Shown here piece by piece: positions 39,290-54,362 of a stretch of DNA of 64,000 bases. The notes beneath the pieces were generated by a model. It made no database searches. It saw nothing but the letters and a program-made list of their open reading frames with translations, and had not been told where the DNA came from. Made by a program: the position numbers and the translations under genes. The first letter of the stretch is position 1. Each line of letters opens with the position of its first letter. The stretch lies in NCBI GenBank assembly GCA_965223345.1, contig CBDCWG010000007.1:64001-128000 (forward strand), read 5' to 3'. Source of the DNA: Nitrospinales bacterium. Its GTDB lineage: Bacteria > Nitrospinota > Nitrospinia > Nitrospinales > VA-1.

Positions 39290-41128
39290 ATGAACGACCC
39301 GTCTCTGCGTGAATTCATCGCCCGTCTCGAACGGGAGGGGGAGCTGATCCGCATCGCGAAAGCGGTTTCGCCGGTTCTGGAGATCGCCGAGATCACCGAC
39401 CGGGTCTCGAAACAACCGGGCGGCGGCAAGGCGTTGCTGTTCGAAAACGTCGAAGGCAGCGACATCCCGGTGCTGATCAACGCGTTCGGCAGCACCCGGC
39501 GCATGCAGCTGGCGCTGGGGGTCGAGGACATCGAGGCGATCCCCAAAGACATCGAGCGCTACATCAAGCTCGCGCCGCCGGCGACGCTGCTGGACAAGGT
39601 GAAGCTGCTGCCGATGCTGTTCGAGGCGGCGCACTTCCCGCCCAAGACGGTGCGCGGCGGGGCCGCCTGCCAGGAGGTGGTGCACACGGGCGACGCTGTC
39701 GATCTCGGCATGCTGCCGATCCTGCAATGCTGGCCGAAAGATGCGGGCCGCTTCATCACCTTTCCCATCGTCATCAACAGCAGCGTGGACGGCCGCATTC
39801 GCAACGTGGGGCTCTACCGCATGCAGGTGTTCGACAAGCGCACGACCGCCATGCACTGGCACATCCACAAGGACGGCGCGCATTTTTTCCACGAATTCAA
39901 AAAGCAGGGCAAGAAGATGGAGGTGGCGGTGGCGATCGGCGCGGATCCGGCGAGCTGCTACGCGGCCTCGGCCCCCCTGCCCTACAGCATCGACGAATTC
40001 CTGCTGGCGGGCTTCATCCGCAAGGCGGCGGTGCCGCTGGTGTCCTGCAAAACGGTGGACCTGAAAGTGCCGGCGAACGCGGAGATCGTGCTGGAGGGCG
40101 TCATCGATCCGGAAAACCTGCGCGTCGAGGGGCCGTTCGGCGATCACACAGGCTATTACTCGCAGGACGGCGACTACCCGGTGTTTGAGGTGCAGGCGAT
40201 CACGCACCGCAAAAACCCGGTCTACCTCACCACCATCGTCGGCATCCCGCCGCAGGAGGACTACTACCTGGGCAAGGCGACGGAGCGCATCTTTCTGCCG
40301 CTTCTGCGCACGCAGCTTCCGGAGATCGTGGACATGAACATGCCGCTGGAAGGCGTGTTCCACAATTCGGTGATCGTCTCTGTGGACAAACGCTTTCCCA
40401 TGCAGGCGCGGCGGCTGATGAGCGCGCTGTGGGGGCTCGGGCAGATGAGCTTCGTGAAAACCATCGTGGTGGTGGATGCGGACATCGACGTGCAGGACCT
40501 GGATGCGGTGGCGCGGCGATTGCTCAACGATACGGATTTCGCGCACGATCTGTTTTTCTCGGAAGGCATCCTCGATGTGTTGAACCATGCGTCCGATCGG
40601 GCGCTTTACGGTTCCAAGCTCGGCATCGACGCGACGCAGAAGATCCTGGGCGAGCCGGGATACCTCGCGAAATCCCCGGCCCGGCCGGAGGCCTCGCCGC
40701 CTGCGGCGGAGTCGATCGCGCAGACGTTCGAGGCGGTGAAGGATGGCGCGTTTCTCGAAATGGACACGGCGCGGCCGGTGCTCTTCATAGCGTTCGATAA
40801 AACCCGCCCGCACCAGGGCAAGGAGTTCATCGAAACGTTTTTTGAGGACGCGCGGTTTACCGCCGTCTGTGTGCTGATCGTTCTGGAAGCGCACGTGGAC
40901 GTGCGCGATCTTTCTGCTATCATGTGGAAATTTTTCAACAACCTCGATCCGAAACGGGATTTTCATTTTGTTGGCGACAAACTGGGGATCGACGTGACGC
41001 GAAAGAGTGAGGCGGAAGGTTATTTCCAGAACTGGCCGGACGAGATCGTCATGGACGCCGACGTCATCGCAGCGGTGCGCCGGGACTGGGACGAGCTTTT
41101 TCCCAACAAAACAATGCCCTATGACTGA
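39290..41128 (+). CDS. UbiD-family decarboxylase (menaquinone MqnL-like) with duplicated C-terminal domain
   Basis: [40 protein letters not shown] and a second KLGIDVTRK. Confidence 0.9.
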   Translation: MNDPSLREFIARLEREGELIRIAKAVSPVLEIAEITDRVSKQPGGGKALLFENVEGSDIPVLINAFGSTRRMQLALGVEDIEAIPKDIERYIKLAPPATLLDKVKLLPMLFEAAHFPPKTVRGGAACQEVVHTGDAVDLGMLPILQCWPKDAGRFITFPIVINSSVDGRIRNVGLYRMQVFDKRTTAMHWHIHKDGAHFFHEFKKQGKKMEVAVAIGADPASCYAASAPLPYSIDEFLLAGFIRKAAVPLVSCKTVDLKVPANAEIVLEGVIDPENLRVEGPFGDHTGYYSQDGDYPVFEVQAITHRKNPVYLTTIVGIPPQEDYYLGKATERIFLPLLRTQLPEIVDMNMPLEGVFHNSVIVSVDKRFPMQARRLMSALWGLGQMSFVKTIVVVDADIDVQDLDAVARRLLNDTDFAHDLFFSEGILDVLNHASDRALYGSKLGIDATQKILGEPGYLAKSPARPEASPPAAESIAQTFEAVKDGAFLEMDTARPVLFIAFDKTRPHQGKEFIETFFEDARFTAVCVLIVLEAHVDVRDLSAIMWKFFNNLDPKRDFHFVGDKLGIDVTRKSEAEGYFQNWPDEIVMDADVIAAVRRDWDELFPNKTMPYD

Positions 41129-41160
41129 CCCTTTCACTTCCCTCTTTTCATAAAACTTCC

Positions 41161-43995
<2,835 letters not shown>

Positions 43996-44020
43996 AAAAA
44001 TATAAATATTCCAAGTAATA

Positions 44021-45214
44021 TTAGTCACCCTCTGGATCAACAAAGGGTTTCAGTTTTCTGTTAACAAAATGACTAGGCCGCCAACCGCCGAATATTTTTT
44101 CAATTAAAAATGTGTTACATGCGGATACACCAGTACCAATAATCGGGTCAGCCATTCCTGCTCCCCGGCTAAGAAGGTACCGCAAACCTTTTGCTGGAAT
44201 TTTGCTAATCCACCCTTTATTCGCCATTTCATTCATATACTGGCGCACAAAGTTTTCATCAGGATTTATTCCTACGATCCATTCTTTAAATTTATCGGCC
44301 TCATCCAAAAGAATTAAAAATTCATCAAATGATCTTTCCCCACTATTAATCACTTCCCGTATAGCTCTACCATTATTAAGAACAATTTCTTGAAACTGAT
44401 CTTTTTCAGAAATTTCTAAACCAATCCTGCGCATTAACTCTATATTGCGAATGCGAATAATATCCGAACAAACATCTGAGGTATAGTACTCACCTCCATA
44501 ATGAGCTGCTAGCATTAACTCACTTTTCGCAGTAAGAATGTTTCCTATCAGTTGCGCTTCTGTCACATCCTCCGAAGAGGGTTTGTTTGATCGATATAAC
44601 CTGTTCAACTCTTCGAAATTAAGATTCGTGTTAATGTGAAATGATGGTCGATTTAATTCAACCCTGAAAAAAAAATCACTAGGCAGCGGAATTCCTGGAA
44701 GCATTTTTGAAATTACACATCGAATTGCTTCATCAATGAAACCCTCATCTTCTAGATCATCTAAAGCAGCTTGTATAAGACCTCCTTTTGTGAAGTAATT
44801 ACTATTTAACTTTTTGGTCGGAACTTCATTGGAGAATCTTTCAGTCAACTTTTTTGCTTCCCTTTTTTTGTATCCTCTTCGTTGCAGAATATCCCGCAAC
44901 CTTTTTTTACGTGAAGGTAGTTCACCAGATTCTTTGCTACCAGCATACGTAACCGATACAAATGAATGAATCCGCCGTCCAGCCTTTGTCTCTGATTTAG
45001 TACCAAGTTGATCCTCACAATAGACGGCCGAAAAATTTGTTTTTTTTAATAATTTAAGTATGGTTTTAAAACCAATTGTAGAATCAAGTCCGACTAAGCT
45101 GCCGTGGCCCAAAACTAAATGAACGTTTTGGTAGTAAAATAGGGCTTCCGCGAGCTCACCTGCTGTAATTGCAGCCCCTCCCTCAGAACGACGAAGAATT
45201 ACTTTTTCAAACAT
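44021..45214 (-). CDS. AT-rich hypothetical protein (likely horizontally acquired)
   Basis: 397-aa intact ORF in a visibly AT-rich block between uvrA and atpC. Confidence 0.75.
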   Translation of the reverse strand: MFEKVILRRSEGGAAITAGELAEALFYYQNVHLVLGHGSLVGLDSTIGFKTILKLLKKTNFSAVYCEDQLGTKSETKAGRRIHSFVSVTYAGSKESGELPSRKKRLRDILQRRGYKKREAKKLTERFSNEVPTKKLNSNYFTKGGLIQAALDDLEDEGFIDEAIRCVISKMLPGIPLPSDFFFRVELNRPSFHINTNLNFEELNRLYRSNKPSSEDVTEAQLIGNILTAKSELMLAAHYGGEYYTSDVCSDIIRIRNIELMRRIGLEISEKDQFQEIVLNNGRAIREVINSGERSFDEFLILLDEADKFKEWIVGINPDENFVRQYMNEMANKGWISKIPAKGLRYLLSRGAGMADPIIGTGVSACNTFLIEKIFGGWRPSHFVNRKLKPFVDPEGD

Positions 45215-45382
45215 TTACCCTTATCATTCAATTATTTATATGGAAGGATCTGAAGGTATTTAGAGATCGCACACTGGTTTCAAAAAGCGCTGATCTGATT
45301 GATTATATAGCCTATTTAAACTCGAACGAAAATTATCGAGTCTAATTTGTTGGATGCAGGGTTTAAAAAGTACGAGGGTGTA

Positions 45383-45793
45383 CTAATTCTCTTCGGTGTG
45401 TTCGAGGCGGGCGATGGCGCGGAAGAGCTTGAGCTGGGTTTCCTCGAATTCCTTTTCGCTGAGATCGGCGCGGCCCAGGATCTCTTCGGCCTTGGCTTTG
45501 GCGGCTTCGGCGCGGGCGCGATCGACTTCGTGCAGGAATTCGGCGGTTTCGGCGAGGACGGTGACGCGGTTTTCGGTCACTTCGAGGTAACCGCCGCTGA
45601 CGACGAGGCCGGTGGTCTTGCCATCGACTTCATAGGACAGCGGGCCGGGCCGGAGGTTGGTGATGAGCGCGGCGTGGTCGTACAGGATGCCGAGGTCGCC
45701 CTCGATGCCGGGGGCATTGACCTGATCGACGAATTGCTCGACGACGTTTTTCTCGGGGGTGACGAGGTGCAGCAGCAGTTTGTTTTCGGCCAT
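45383..45793 (-). CDS. atpC: ATP synthase F1 epsilon subunit
   Basis: LVTPE, PGIEGDLGILYDHA, VSGGYLEV, RAIARL. Confidence 0.95.
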   Translation of the reverse strand: MAENKLLLHLVTPEKNVVEQFVDQVNAPGIEGDLGILYDHAALITNLRPGPLSYEVDGKTTGLVVSGGYLEVTENRVTVLAETAEFLHEVDRARAEAAKAKAEEILGRADLSEKEFEETQLKLFRAIARLEHTEEN

Positions 45794-45836
45794 GGTTGCG
45801 TGTTTTTCTCGGTCGTGTTGAATCTTATCTGTGACG

Positions 45837-45863
45837 GTCACCCTTCGCCAGGCTCAAGGTGAC
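45837..45863. repeat. Third REP-like hairpin copy
   Basis: gtcaccc-TTCGCCAGGCTCA-aggtgac; three mismatches to the reverse complement of 16143-16169. Confidence 0.7.
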
Positions 45864-45925
45864 GACGATCCACGGGTCTGGACGCCGGGTCGGCGGCTCG
45901 GCGGCCACTCGGTGTCCAGGCTTTC

Positions 45926-48269
<2,344 letters not shown>

Positions 48270-48326
48270 GCTTTACGAATGGTCTCCATTAAAACGGTGA
48301 GCCCTGCGGTTTCTCTCCCGCAGCGA

Positions 48327-49829
48327 TCAGAACAATCCTTTGTACTCCTGGACGGCCGCTTTCAATTTGTTTTCGATGTCGTCGTTGAGCTTCTTTTCCT
48401 TGGCGATCGCATCGACGATGTCTTTGTGCTTCTCCTCGACGAACGCGAGGAAACCGGTCTCGAACCGTCTCACATCGGCCACGGCGATGTCGTCCAGAAG
48501 CCCGCGCACGCCGGCGAAGATGGAGATGATCTGCTGCACGACCGAAAGCGGCTTGTACTGATCCTGCTTGAGGATCTCGACCAGCCGTTCCCCCCTCGAA
48601 AGCTGGGCCTGCGTCGCGGCGTCCAGGTCACTGCCGAACTGCGCGAAGGCGGCCATCTCGCGGTACTGCGCCAGATCCAGCCTGAGCTGGCCGGCCACCT
48701 GCTTCATGCCTTTGATCTGCGCGGCGCCGCCGACACGGGAAACGGAAAGTCCGACGTTGATGGCGGGACGCACGCCGGAGTAGAACAGGTCGGTCTCCAG
48801 GTAGATCTGCCCGTCGGTGATGGAAATGACGTTGGTCGGGATGTAGGCGGACACGTCGCCGGCCTGGGTTTCGATGATCGGCAGCGCGGTCATGGAACCG
48901 GCGCCCAGCTCGTCGCTCACTTTCGCGGCGCGCTCCAGGAGGCGCGAATGCAGGAAGAACACGTCTCCGGGATACGCTTCGCGTCCGGGCGGCCTTCTCA
49001 GCAGGAGCGACAACTGCCGGTAAGCGGCGGCCTGTTTGGAAAGATCGTCGTAAACGATGAGGCAGTGCTGGCCGTTGTCGCGGAAGTATTCTCCCATGGC
49101 GCAGCCGGCGTAAGGCGCGATGAACTGCATGGGCGCGGGCTCACTGGCGGAGGCGGAAACGACGATGGTGTATTCCATCGCGCCGTGCTCTTCCAGGGAT
49201 TTCACCACGCGGGCGACGGTGGAGCGTTTCTGCCCGACCGCCACGTAGATGCAGAACATGTTCTGCCCTTTCTGGTTGATGATGGTGTCGATGGCGACGG
49301 CGGTCTTGCCGGTCTGCCGGTCGCCGATGATGAGTTCGCGCTGACCGCGGCCGATGGGAATCATGCCGTCGATGGCCTTGATGCCGGTCTGCATCGGCTC
49401 GTGCACGGATTTGCGGTCGATCACGCCGGGGGCGATGCGCTCGATGGGGCCGAACTTCTTGGTCGCGATGGGGCCGCGTCCGTCGATGGGTTCTCCCAGC
49501 GAGTTGACGACCCGGCCCACCAGTTCGGGGCCGACCGGCACTTCCATGATGCGGCCGGTGCGTTTGACTTCATCGCCTTCCTTGATCTTGTCGTCGAAGC
49601 CGAGGAGGATGGCGCCGACGTTGTCTTCTTCGAGGTTGAGCACCATGCCCACCAGCCCGCCGGGAAATTCGAGGAGCTCTCCGGCCATGGCCTGATCGAG
49701 CCCGTAGATGCGGGCGATGCCGTCACCCACCGAGATGACCCTTCCGGTTTCCTTGAGCTCGATCCCCTCTTCAAACCCCTTGATCCTCTTTTCGATCAGG
49801 GAACTAATTTCATCGGCTCGCAAGTTCAC
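48327..49829 (-). CDS. atpA: ATP synthase F1 alpha subunit
   Basis: [28 protein letters not shown]. Confidence 0.98.
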   Translation of the reverse strand: MNLRADEISSLIEKRIKGFEEGIELKETGRVISVGDGIARIYGLDQAMAGELLEFPGGLVGMVLNLEEDNVGAILLGFDDKIKEGDEVKRTGRIMEVPVGPELVGRVVNSLGEPIDGRGPIATKKFGPIERIAPGVIDRKSVHEPMQTGIKAIDGMIPIGRGQRELIIGDRQTGKTAVAIDTIINQKGQNMFCIYVAVGQKRSTVARVVKSLEEHGAMEYTIVVSASASEPAPMQFIAPYAGCAMGEYFRDNGQHCLIVYDDLSKQAAAYRQLSLLLRRPPGREAYPGDVFFLHSRLLERAAKVSDELGAGSMTALPIIETQAGDVSAYIPTNVISITDGQIYLETDLFYSGVRPAINVGLSVSRVGGAAQIKGMKQVAGQLRLDLAQYREMAAFAQFGSDLDAATQAQLSRGERLVEILKQDQYKPLSVVQQIISIFAGVRGLLDDIAVADVRRFETGFLAFVEEKHKDIVDAIAKEKKLNDDIENKLKAAVQEYKGLF

Positions 49830-50381
49830 TTAAGCTACCTCCTCTTTTTCGATGATTTGTCGCAATTTTTGCAGGCGGTTGGCGATCGTCGCGTCGGCGA
49901 CCTGATCCCCGACGCGCAGCCGGACGCCGCCGATCAGCGTGGCGTCCTCATGGGTCTCGAGCAATACCGTTTTGCCGAAAATGCGTTCCAGCCCGGTGTT
50001 GAGCCGCTTGACGTTTTCCTGGGTCAGCGCCTGGGCGGAATCGACGGACACGCGGATCTGATTGAGCCTGGAATCCACCTTTTCCTGAAAGTATTCGGCG
50101 ATCTTTCCCAGATAGAGCATCTTGTTGCGCTCGGACAGCATGAGCACCAGATTGCGCACACCGGGTTTCACACCCAGCTTGCTGCACAGATCCTTGGCCA
50201 TCTCGGTCTTTCTTTCCGGCGGGATCGAGGGATGCTCGAAAAACCGGGTCAACTGGTTCTGCGTGGTGAACGCGGCGTTCAGCTCGCGCAGGTTGTCGAG
50301 AGCCGGGCTGAGATCGGCGTTTTTTTCGATGCTGTCGGAAAGCGCTTCGGCGTAGCGTTTGCCTATCAGATTTTCGATCAT
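49830..50381 (-). CDS. atpH: ATP synthase F1 delta subunit
   Basis: KRYAEAL, LIGG..LRVGD..ADATI; operon position. Confidence 0.93.
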   Translation of the reverse strand: MIENLIGKRYAEALSDSIEKNADLSPALDNLRELNAAFTTQNQLTRFFEHPSIPPERKTEMAKDLCSKLGVKPGVRNLVLMLSERNKMLYLGKIAEYFQEKVDSRLNQIRVSVDSAQALTQENVKRLNTGLERIFGKTVLLETHEDATLIGGVRLRVGDQVADATIANRLQKLRQIIEKEEVA

Positions 50382-50395
50382 GGCGTTTTATGCGG

Positions 50396-50920
50396 TCAGG
50401 CTGAGGCCTGTTTCTGCTCCAGTTCTTTCAACACTTCCTCGATCGCTTCGTCGGCGAGGCGCTTGCGCTCCGCTTCGTCGAGGGCTTTTTTCAGGAATTT
50501 CTCTGTGGACGCGATGGTCAGAGCGGCGGTGTGGGCGCGGATCTCGCTCATCAGCTTGTTGCGCGTGCGCTCCATCTCCCGCTCGACATCGGTCTGCATC
50601 TGCCGGACTTTGGCCTGGGTTTCCTCCAGGGTTTTTTCCTGGATCTTCTTGGCTTCGCCGGTCGCCATCTGCACGATGGTGCTGGCTTTGTTGTGGGCTT
50701 CCTTGAGCTCGTGCTCCAGGTCGGACTTGATGACTTTCGCTTCGCCCTTCAGCTTTTCCGCTTCTTCAATGTCGCTGCGTATCTTTTTCTGGCGCGACTC
50801 CAGCACTTCCAGAATCGGCGGGAAGGCGAATTTTTTCAGCAGCAAAAACAAAAGCAGAAAAGAAACGACCGACCAGAATATGACAGAGCTGAAGACTTCT
50901 ACTTGCTCGAATTGTGGCAT
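50396..50920 (-). CDS. atpF: ATP synthase Fo b subunit
   Basis: N-terminal TM (FWSVVSFLLLF), P..VLESRQKKI, coiled coil. Confidence 0.92.
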   Translation of the reverse strand: MPQFEQVEVFSSVIFWSVVSFLLLFLLLKKFAFPPILEVLESRQKKIRSDIEEAEKLKGEAKVIKSDLEHELKEAHNKASTIVQMATGEAKKIQEKTLEETQAKVRQMQTDVEREMERTRNKLMSEIRAHTAALTIASTEKFLKKALDEAERKRLADEAIEEVLKELEQKQASA

Positions 50921-51050
50921 CGCACACTCTTTTAAGGATTGGTTTCAACAGTGGGGACGGTGTTCGATCGCACCGTCACCTATTTTTGCATCCCACAGGC
51001 ATCGCGCCCCCCCCCCCAACGAAATCGTCGAGGCGCGGGCGGGAGCGAAT

Positions 51051-51281
51051 TCAGCCCACTTTCCCCATGATGATGAAGGCCAGTACGAGCGCGTACAGGG
51101 CGATCGCCTCGACCAGGGCGAACCCGATCCAGCAGTATTTGGCAACCCGTCCTTCTGCGTTGGGCTGGCGGCCGACCGTCTCGATGGTCTTGGAGAAGAT
51201 ATACGCGATCCCGAGAGCGGCTCCGAAAAAACCCGCCGCACACAATCCCATGCCAATCATTGCTGCTGCTTCTAAACCCAT
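51051..51281 (-). CDS. atpE: ATP synthase Fo c subunit (H+-type signature)
   Basis: Two TMs, RQP loop, ion-binding Glu in VEAIALY. Confidence 0.95.
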   Translation of the reverse strand: MGLEAAAMIGMGLCAAGFFGAALGIAYIFSKTIETVGRQPNAEGRVAKYCWIGFALVEAIALYALVLAFIIMGKVG

Positions 51282-51307
51282 GCTCGATCTCCTTTATTTT
51301 CGGATCA

Positions 51308-52045
51308 TTAATGAAGTTTGATCACATCCCCGATGTAAACGCAGGTCAGGATGGTGAATATATATGCTTGAATAAACGCAATGGCGATTTCCAATCCGTT
51401 GATGACGATGGTGAACCCGAAGGGCATCCAGCCGATCCACAAGGGAGCCGAAACGGCCAGGCCGAACAGAACGGCGAGCACGGTGTGCCCCGCGGTCATG
51501 TTGGCGAACAGACGCACGGCGAGAGAAACCGGCCGGGCGAGCATGCTGATCAGTTCGATGGGGATCATGAACGGGATCATGATCTTCGGCACGCCGGGCG
51601 GCACGAGAATGGAAAAGAAGTGCAGCCCGTGCTTCATGAACCCGATCACCAGGGTCATGAGGAAAATCAATATGGCAAACGCTCCGGTGACGGCGAGCTG
51701 GCTGGTGATGGTGTAGGAGCCGGGGATCATGCCGGCGAGATTGCAGGTGAGGATGAACACGAACAGCGAGGCCACGAAGGTAAGGTATTTTTTCCCTTCT
51801 TCCTTGCCGATGAACTCCTCGACCATGTCCTGGATGAATTCGATGCAGAGCTCGAAAACACTCTGCAGCTTGCCAGGAACGAGGCTCATGCCGCGGTTGA
51901 CCACCAGCATGAACAGGACGACCACAACGGCCAGTCCGGCCCACATGACGAGAACCGCTTTGTTGATGGAAATATCGATTCCAAAAAACTGGAGGGGGAT
52001 GATGGGGTGCAACTCAAAATGATGCAGGGGACTTTCTATCTTCAA
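51308..52045 (-). CDS. atpB: ATP synthase Fo a subunit
   Basis: PGKLQ, RPVSLAVRLFANMTAGH, QAYIFTIL. Confidence 0.97.
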   Translation of the reverse strand: MKIESPLHHFELHPIIPLQFFGIDISINKAVLVMWAGLAVVVVLFMLVVNRGMSLVPGKLQSVFELCIEFIQDMVEEFIGKEEGKKYLTFVASLFVFILTCNLAGMIPGSYTITSQLAVTGAFAILIFLMTLVIGFMKHGLHFFSILVPPGVPKIMIPFMIPIELISMLARPVSLAVRLFANMTAGHTVLAVLFGLAVSAPLWIGWMPFGFTIVINGLEIAIAFIQAYIFTILTCVYIGDVIKLH

Positions 52046-52299
52046 TTCCGCTTGTCTCCGTTGTCGTCTTCTTCGTTCGCTTCTTCTTCGCGGGCCATCT
52101 CCATGGCCGCACGGTACACATTCAACACACCCGCGGCGCCGCCGAAAATCACACCCACCGCAAGCCCCCAGGGTCCGGTACCGAAGTAGTGATCTACCGC
52201 GTACCCCATGACGGCGCCCAGGAAGGTGGCTACGGTCATCTCTGTCACCATCCTGGTTGCGTATCCGAACCCGTGGCGGAAACCGTTGCCTTTGCTCAA
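52042..52299 (-). CDS. AtpZ/AtpI family protein
   Basis: G..MGYAVDHYFGTGPW..VG..FG.AAG.LNV pattern; first gene of the atp operon. Confidence 0.8.
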   Translation of the reverse strand: MSKGNGFRHGFGYATRMVTEMTVATFLGAVMGYAVDHYFGTGPWGLAVGVIFGGAAGVLNVYRAAMEMAREEEANEEDDNGDKRN

Positions 52300-52589
52300 C
52301 CGTTGCCTTTGCTTTTAAAATGTCTGGGGAAAACCAACCAATCTGGAAACGGGGCCTACATCATACAACAACCTGTTTTATTTGTGCAAGTATTGTTGTC
52401 CACTATTGCGATTCTAAATGGAAGGTTCCACCCGGCGCCGGCGCGCAGAGACATCCCGCAGACAGGCCGAAACCCATCCTCAGGTTAAAAATCCAGCTTG
52501 ACCGTAAAAGGGGGAAGCCTTTTTTGTGAAACAGGCGGGGCCAGAACCGTTTTGGCTGGACAGAATGAACAACCGGCCGTGGAAACGAT

Positions 52590-52916
52590 TTAATAAGGAA
52601 GGGTTCCGTTCTCCTCCTCGTATTCTTTCAGGGGAATCATGTCGATGGCATCCCAGGGACAGCCTTCCAGCAGCGTGTCCATGGGTCCCTTGGTGATGCA
52701 TTTCTTGCAGCCGATGCAAAGAAGCGGATCCACGTAAACCCGGTTGAAAAAAGGGGCGTCCGGGTTTTCCACTTCGAACATGCAGTCCTCCACCGGGCAT
52801 TCGGTGATGCAGATGGGAGAACCGCCGCAACCCGTGCAGGCGTCGTTGATGACCGCCAGAATCTTGGGTTTTCGCTTGCGTTTGACAGACCGTTTTTCTT
52901 TTTCCTTAACTGCCAT
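52590..52916 (-). CDS. 2x[4Fe-4S] ferredoxin-like protein with insertions
   Basis: CTGCGGSPICITECP and CIGCKKC-x12-CPWDAI. Confidence 0.85.
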   Translation of the reverse strand: MAVKEKEKRSVKRKRKPKILAVINDACTGCGGSPICITECPVEDCMFEVENPDAPFFNRVYVDPLLCIGCKKCITKGPMDTLLEGCPWDAIDMIPLKEYEEENGTLPY

Positions 52917-53321
52917 TCTTCTCTATCCTCTGTGACGATTGATCGCAAGAATGATCGTATTGCGTTGAATTCTCATTTTAGCAGATCGGCGAAAGATTAA
53001 TACCAAAAACCCAATCCAATTGCAACACTCGCCCCGCAAGGCGCGGCCCGGCGCGCATTTTCACCGCATCTGGCCGGGCATTTTGCGTGGTTGCGCTGGA
53101 AAACCGCGGTTTTCGGCGGCCAGGGTTTTTCATTTACAGGGTATCGCCTCTGTATTAATATACGGTGAGGATTCCGAGGCCGGATTCCCCTCTTAACTGC
53201 TTATGAAATAAGCGGTGCAGAGTTCTCAGGCAGGGGCGGCAGCCCCGTCGCCCATAATCCACCCGAATCGTTCCTGTCTCATCCCGAAGGGATCCGGAGG
53301 CAATGGATAACCATAAACGAC

Positions 53322-54344
53322 ATGTCGTTCGCAACCATCCTGGGCCAGGACCGGCCCCGGCAGATCATACAAAAGGCTCTTCAAAACAACAGCTTATCTC
53401 ATGCCTATCTGTTTTACGGCCCGGATAGCGTCGGCAAACGGCACACCGCGCTGCAGTTGGCCAAGGCGCTCAACTGCCCGGATTCCGGCCCTGTAGACAG
53501 TTGCGACACCTGTTCCTCCTGCCGTAAAATCGAGACTCAAACGCATCCGGATTTCTTTTTTCTGGAGCCCACAAAAAGCACTCCCACCAGCCGGGAGGCG
53601 GTGCTCAAAATCGAGGCCATCCGGGAATTGCAGAAAAAGCTGAGTTTTTTCCCCTACGAGGGGAAAACCAAGGTGGCCATCATCGACGGTGCGGAATCGA
53701 TGAACCCGCAGGCGGCCAACACGTTTCTCAAAACTCTTGAGGAGCCCCCCGAAGCGACGGTGCTGATTCTGATCGCCGCTAACCCGTTTCAGCTGCTGCC
53801 GACTCTGGTTTCCCGCTGTCAGGGCGTCAAGTTTCACCCGCTGGCCCCCTCGGTGGTGGAGACGATCCTGGCGGACACCCTGGATGCCGAGGAACGGGAG
53901 AGCATGACCGCAGAGGAACTCAAGCTGCGCGCGGCGCGGTCGATGGGCGGCATCCAGCGCGCCCTGGACGCGGACATCCAGCAGGCGGAAGCGGTGCGGC
54001 AGGAGTTGCTGGAGCTTTTGGAAACGCTCTCGTTCAAACGCATGGATGTGGTCTTTAAATGGACGCGCGGCAAGGCCAGGCAGCCGGGGGAGCTGCAGGC
54101 GGTTCTGGACGAACTGCTGAACCTGCTGCGCGATCTGGCGGTGATGCGGACGCCGGGAACGGAGGAGCGGGTCTTCAACCGGGACCTTGTGGACCGGCTT
54201 CGGCCCCTGGCCGGGCGGAAACAGGCCCGGTCGCTTTCCGCCATGTTCGACGCGGTGCTGCAAACCCAGGCCGCCCTGAAAGGCAACGCCAACACCCAGC
54301 TGGCGCTGGAAAACATGTTGATCCGGTTCTGCGAAGCCGCCTGA
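53322..54344 (+). CDS. holB: DNA polymerase III delta-prime subunit
   Basis: HAYLFYGP, CDTCSSC, HPD, AANTFLKTLEEPP, SRC. Confidence 0.93.
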   Translation: MSFATILGQDRPRQIIQKALQNNSLSHAYLFYGPDSVGKRHTALQLAKALNCPDSGPVDSCDTCSSCRKIETQTHPDFFFLEPTKSTPTSREAVLKIEAIRELQKKLSFFPYEGKTKVAIIDGAESMNPQAANTFLKTLEEPPEATVLILIAANPFQLLPTLVSRCQGVKFHPLAPSVVETILADTLDAEERESMTAEELKLRAARSMGGIQRALDADIQQAEAVRQELLELLETLSFKRMDVVFKWTRGKARQPGELQAVLDELLNLLRDLAVMRTPGTEERVFNRDLVDRLRPLAGRKQARSLSAMFDAVLQTQAALKGNANTQLALENMLIRFCEAA

Positions 54345-54362
54345 ACCGGTGGATATCATAAA

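Noticed and set aside
48279..51275. 998-aa plus-strand ORF (likewise 22261-24900, 54372-56780, 41134-43203, 39125-41137, 10487-12382)
   Set aside because: Antisense shadow ORFs of well-supported genes, expected from GC-rich codon bias; no motifs.
51051..51281. Na+-translocating or N-type ATPase
   Set aside because: The c subunit lacks the Gln and ES/T Na+ ligands; operon order is canonical with atpH present.
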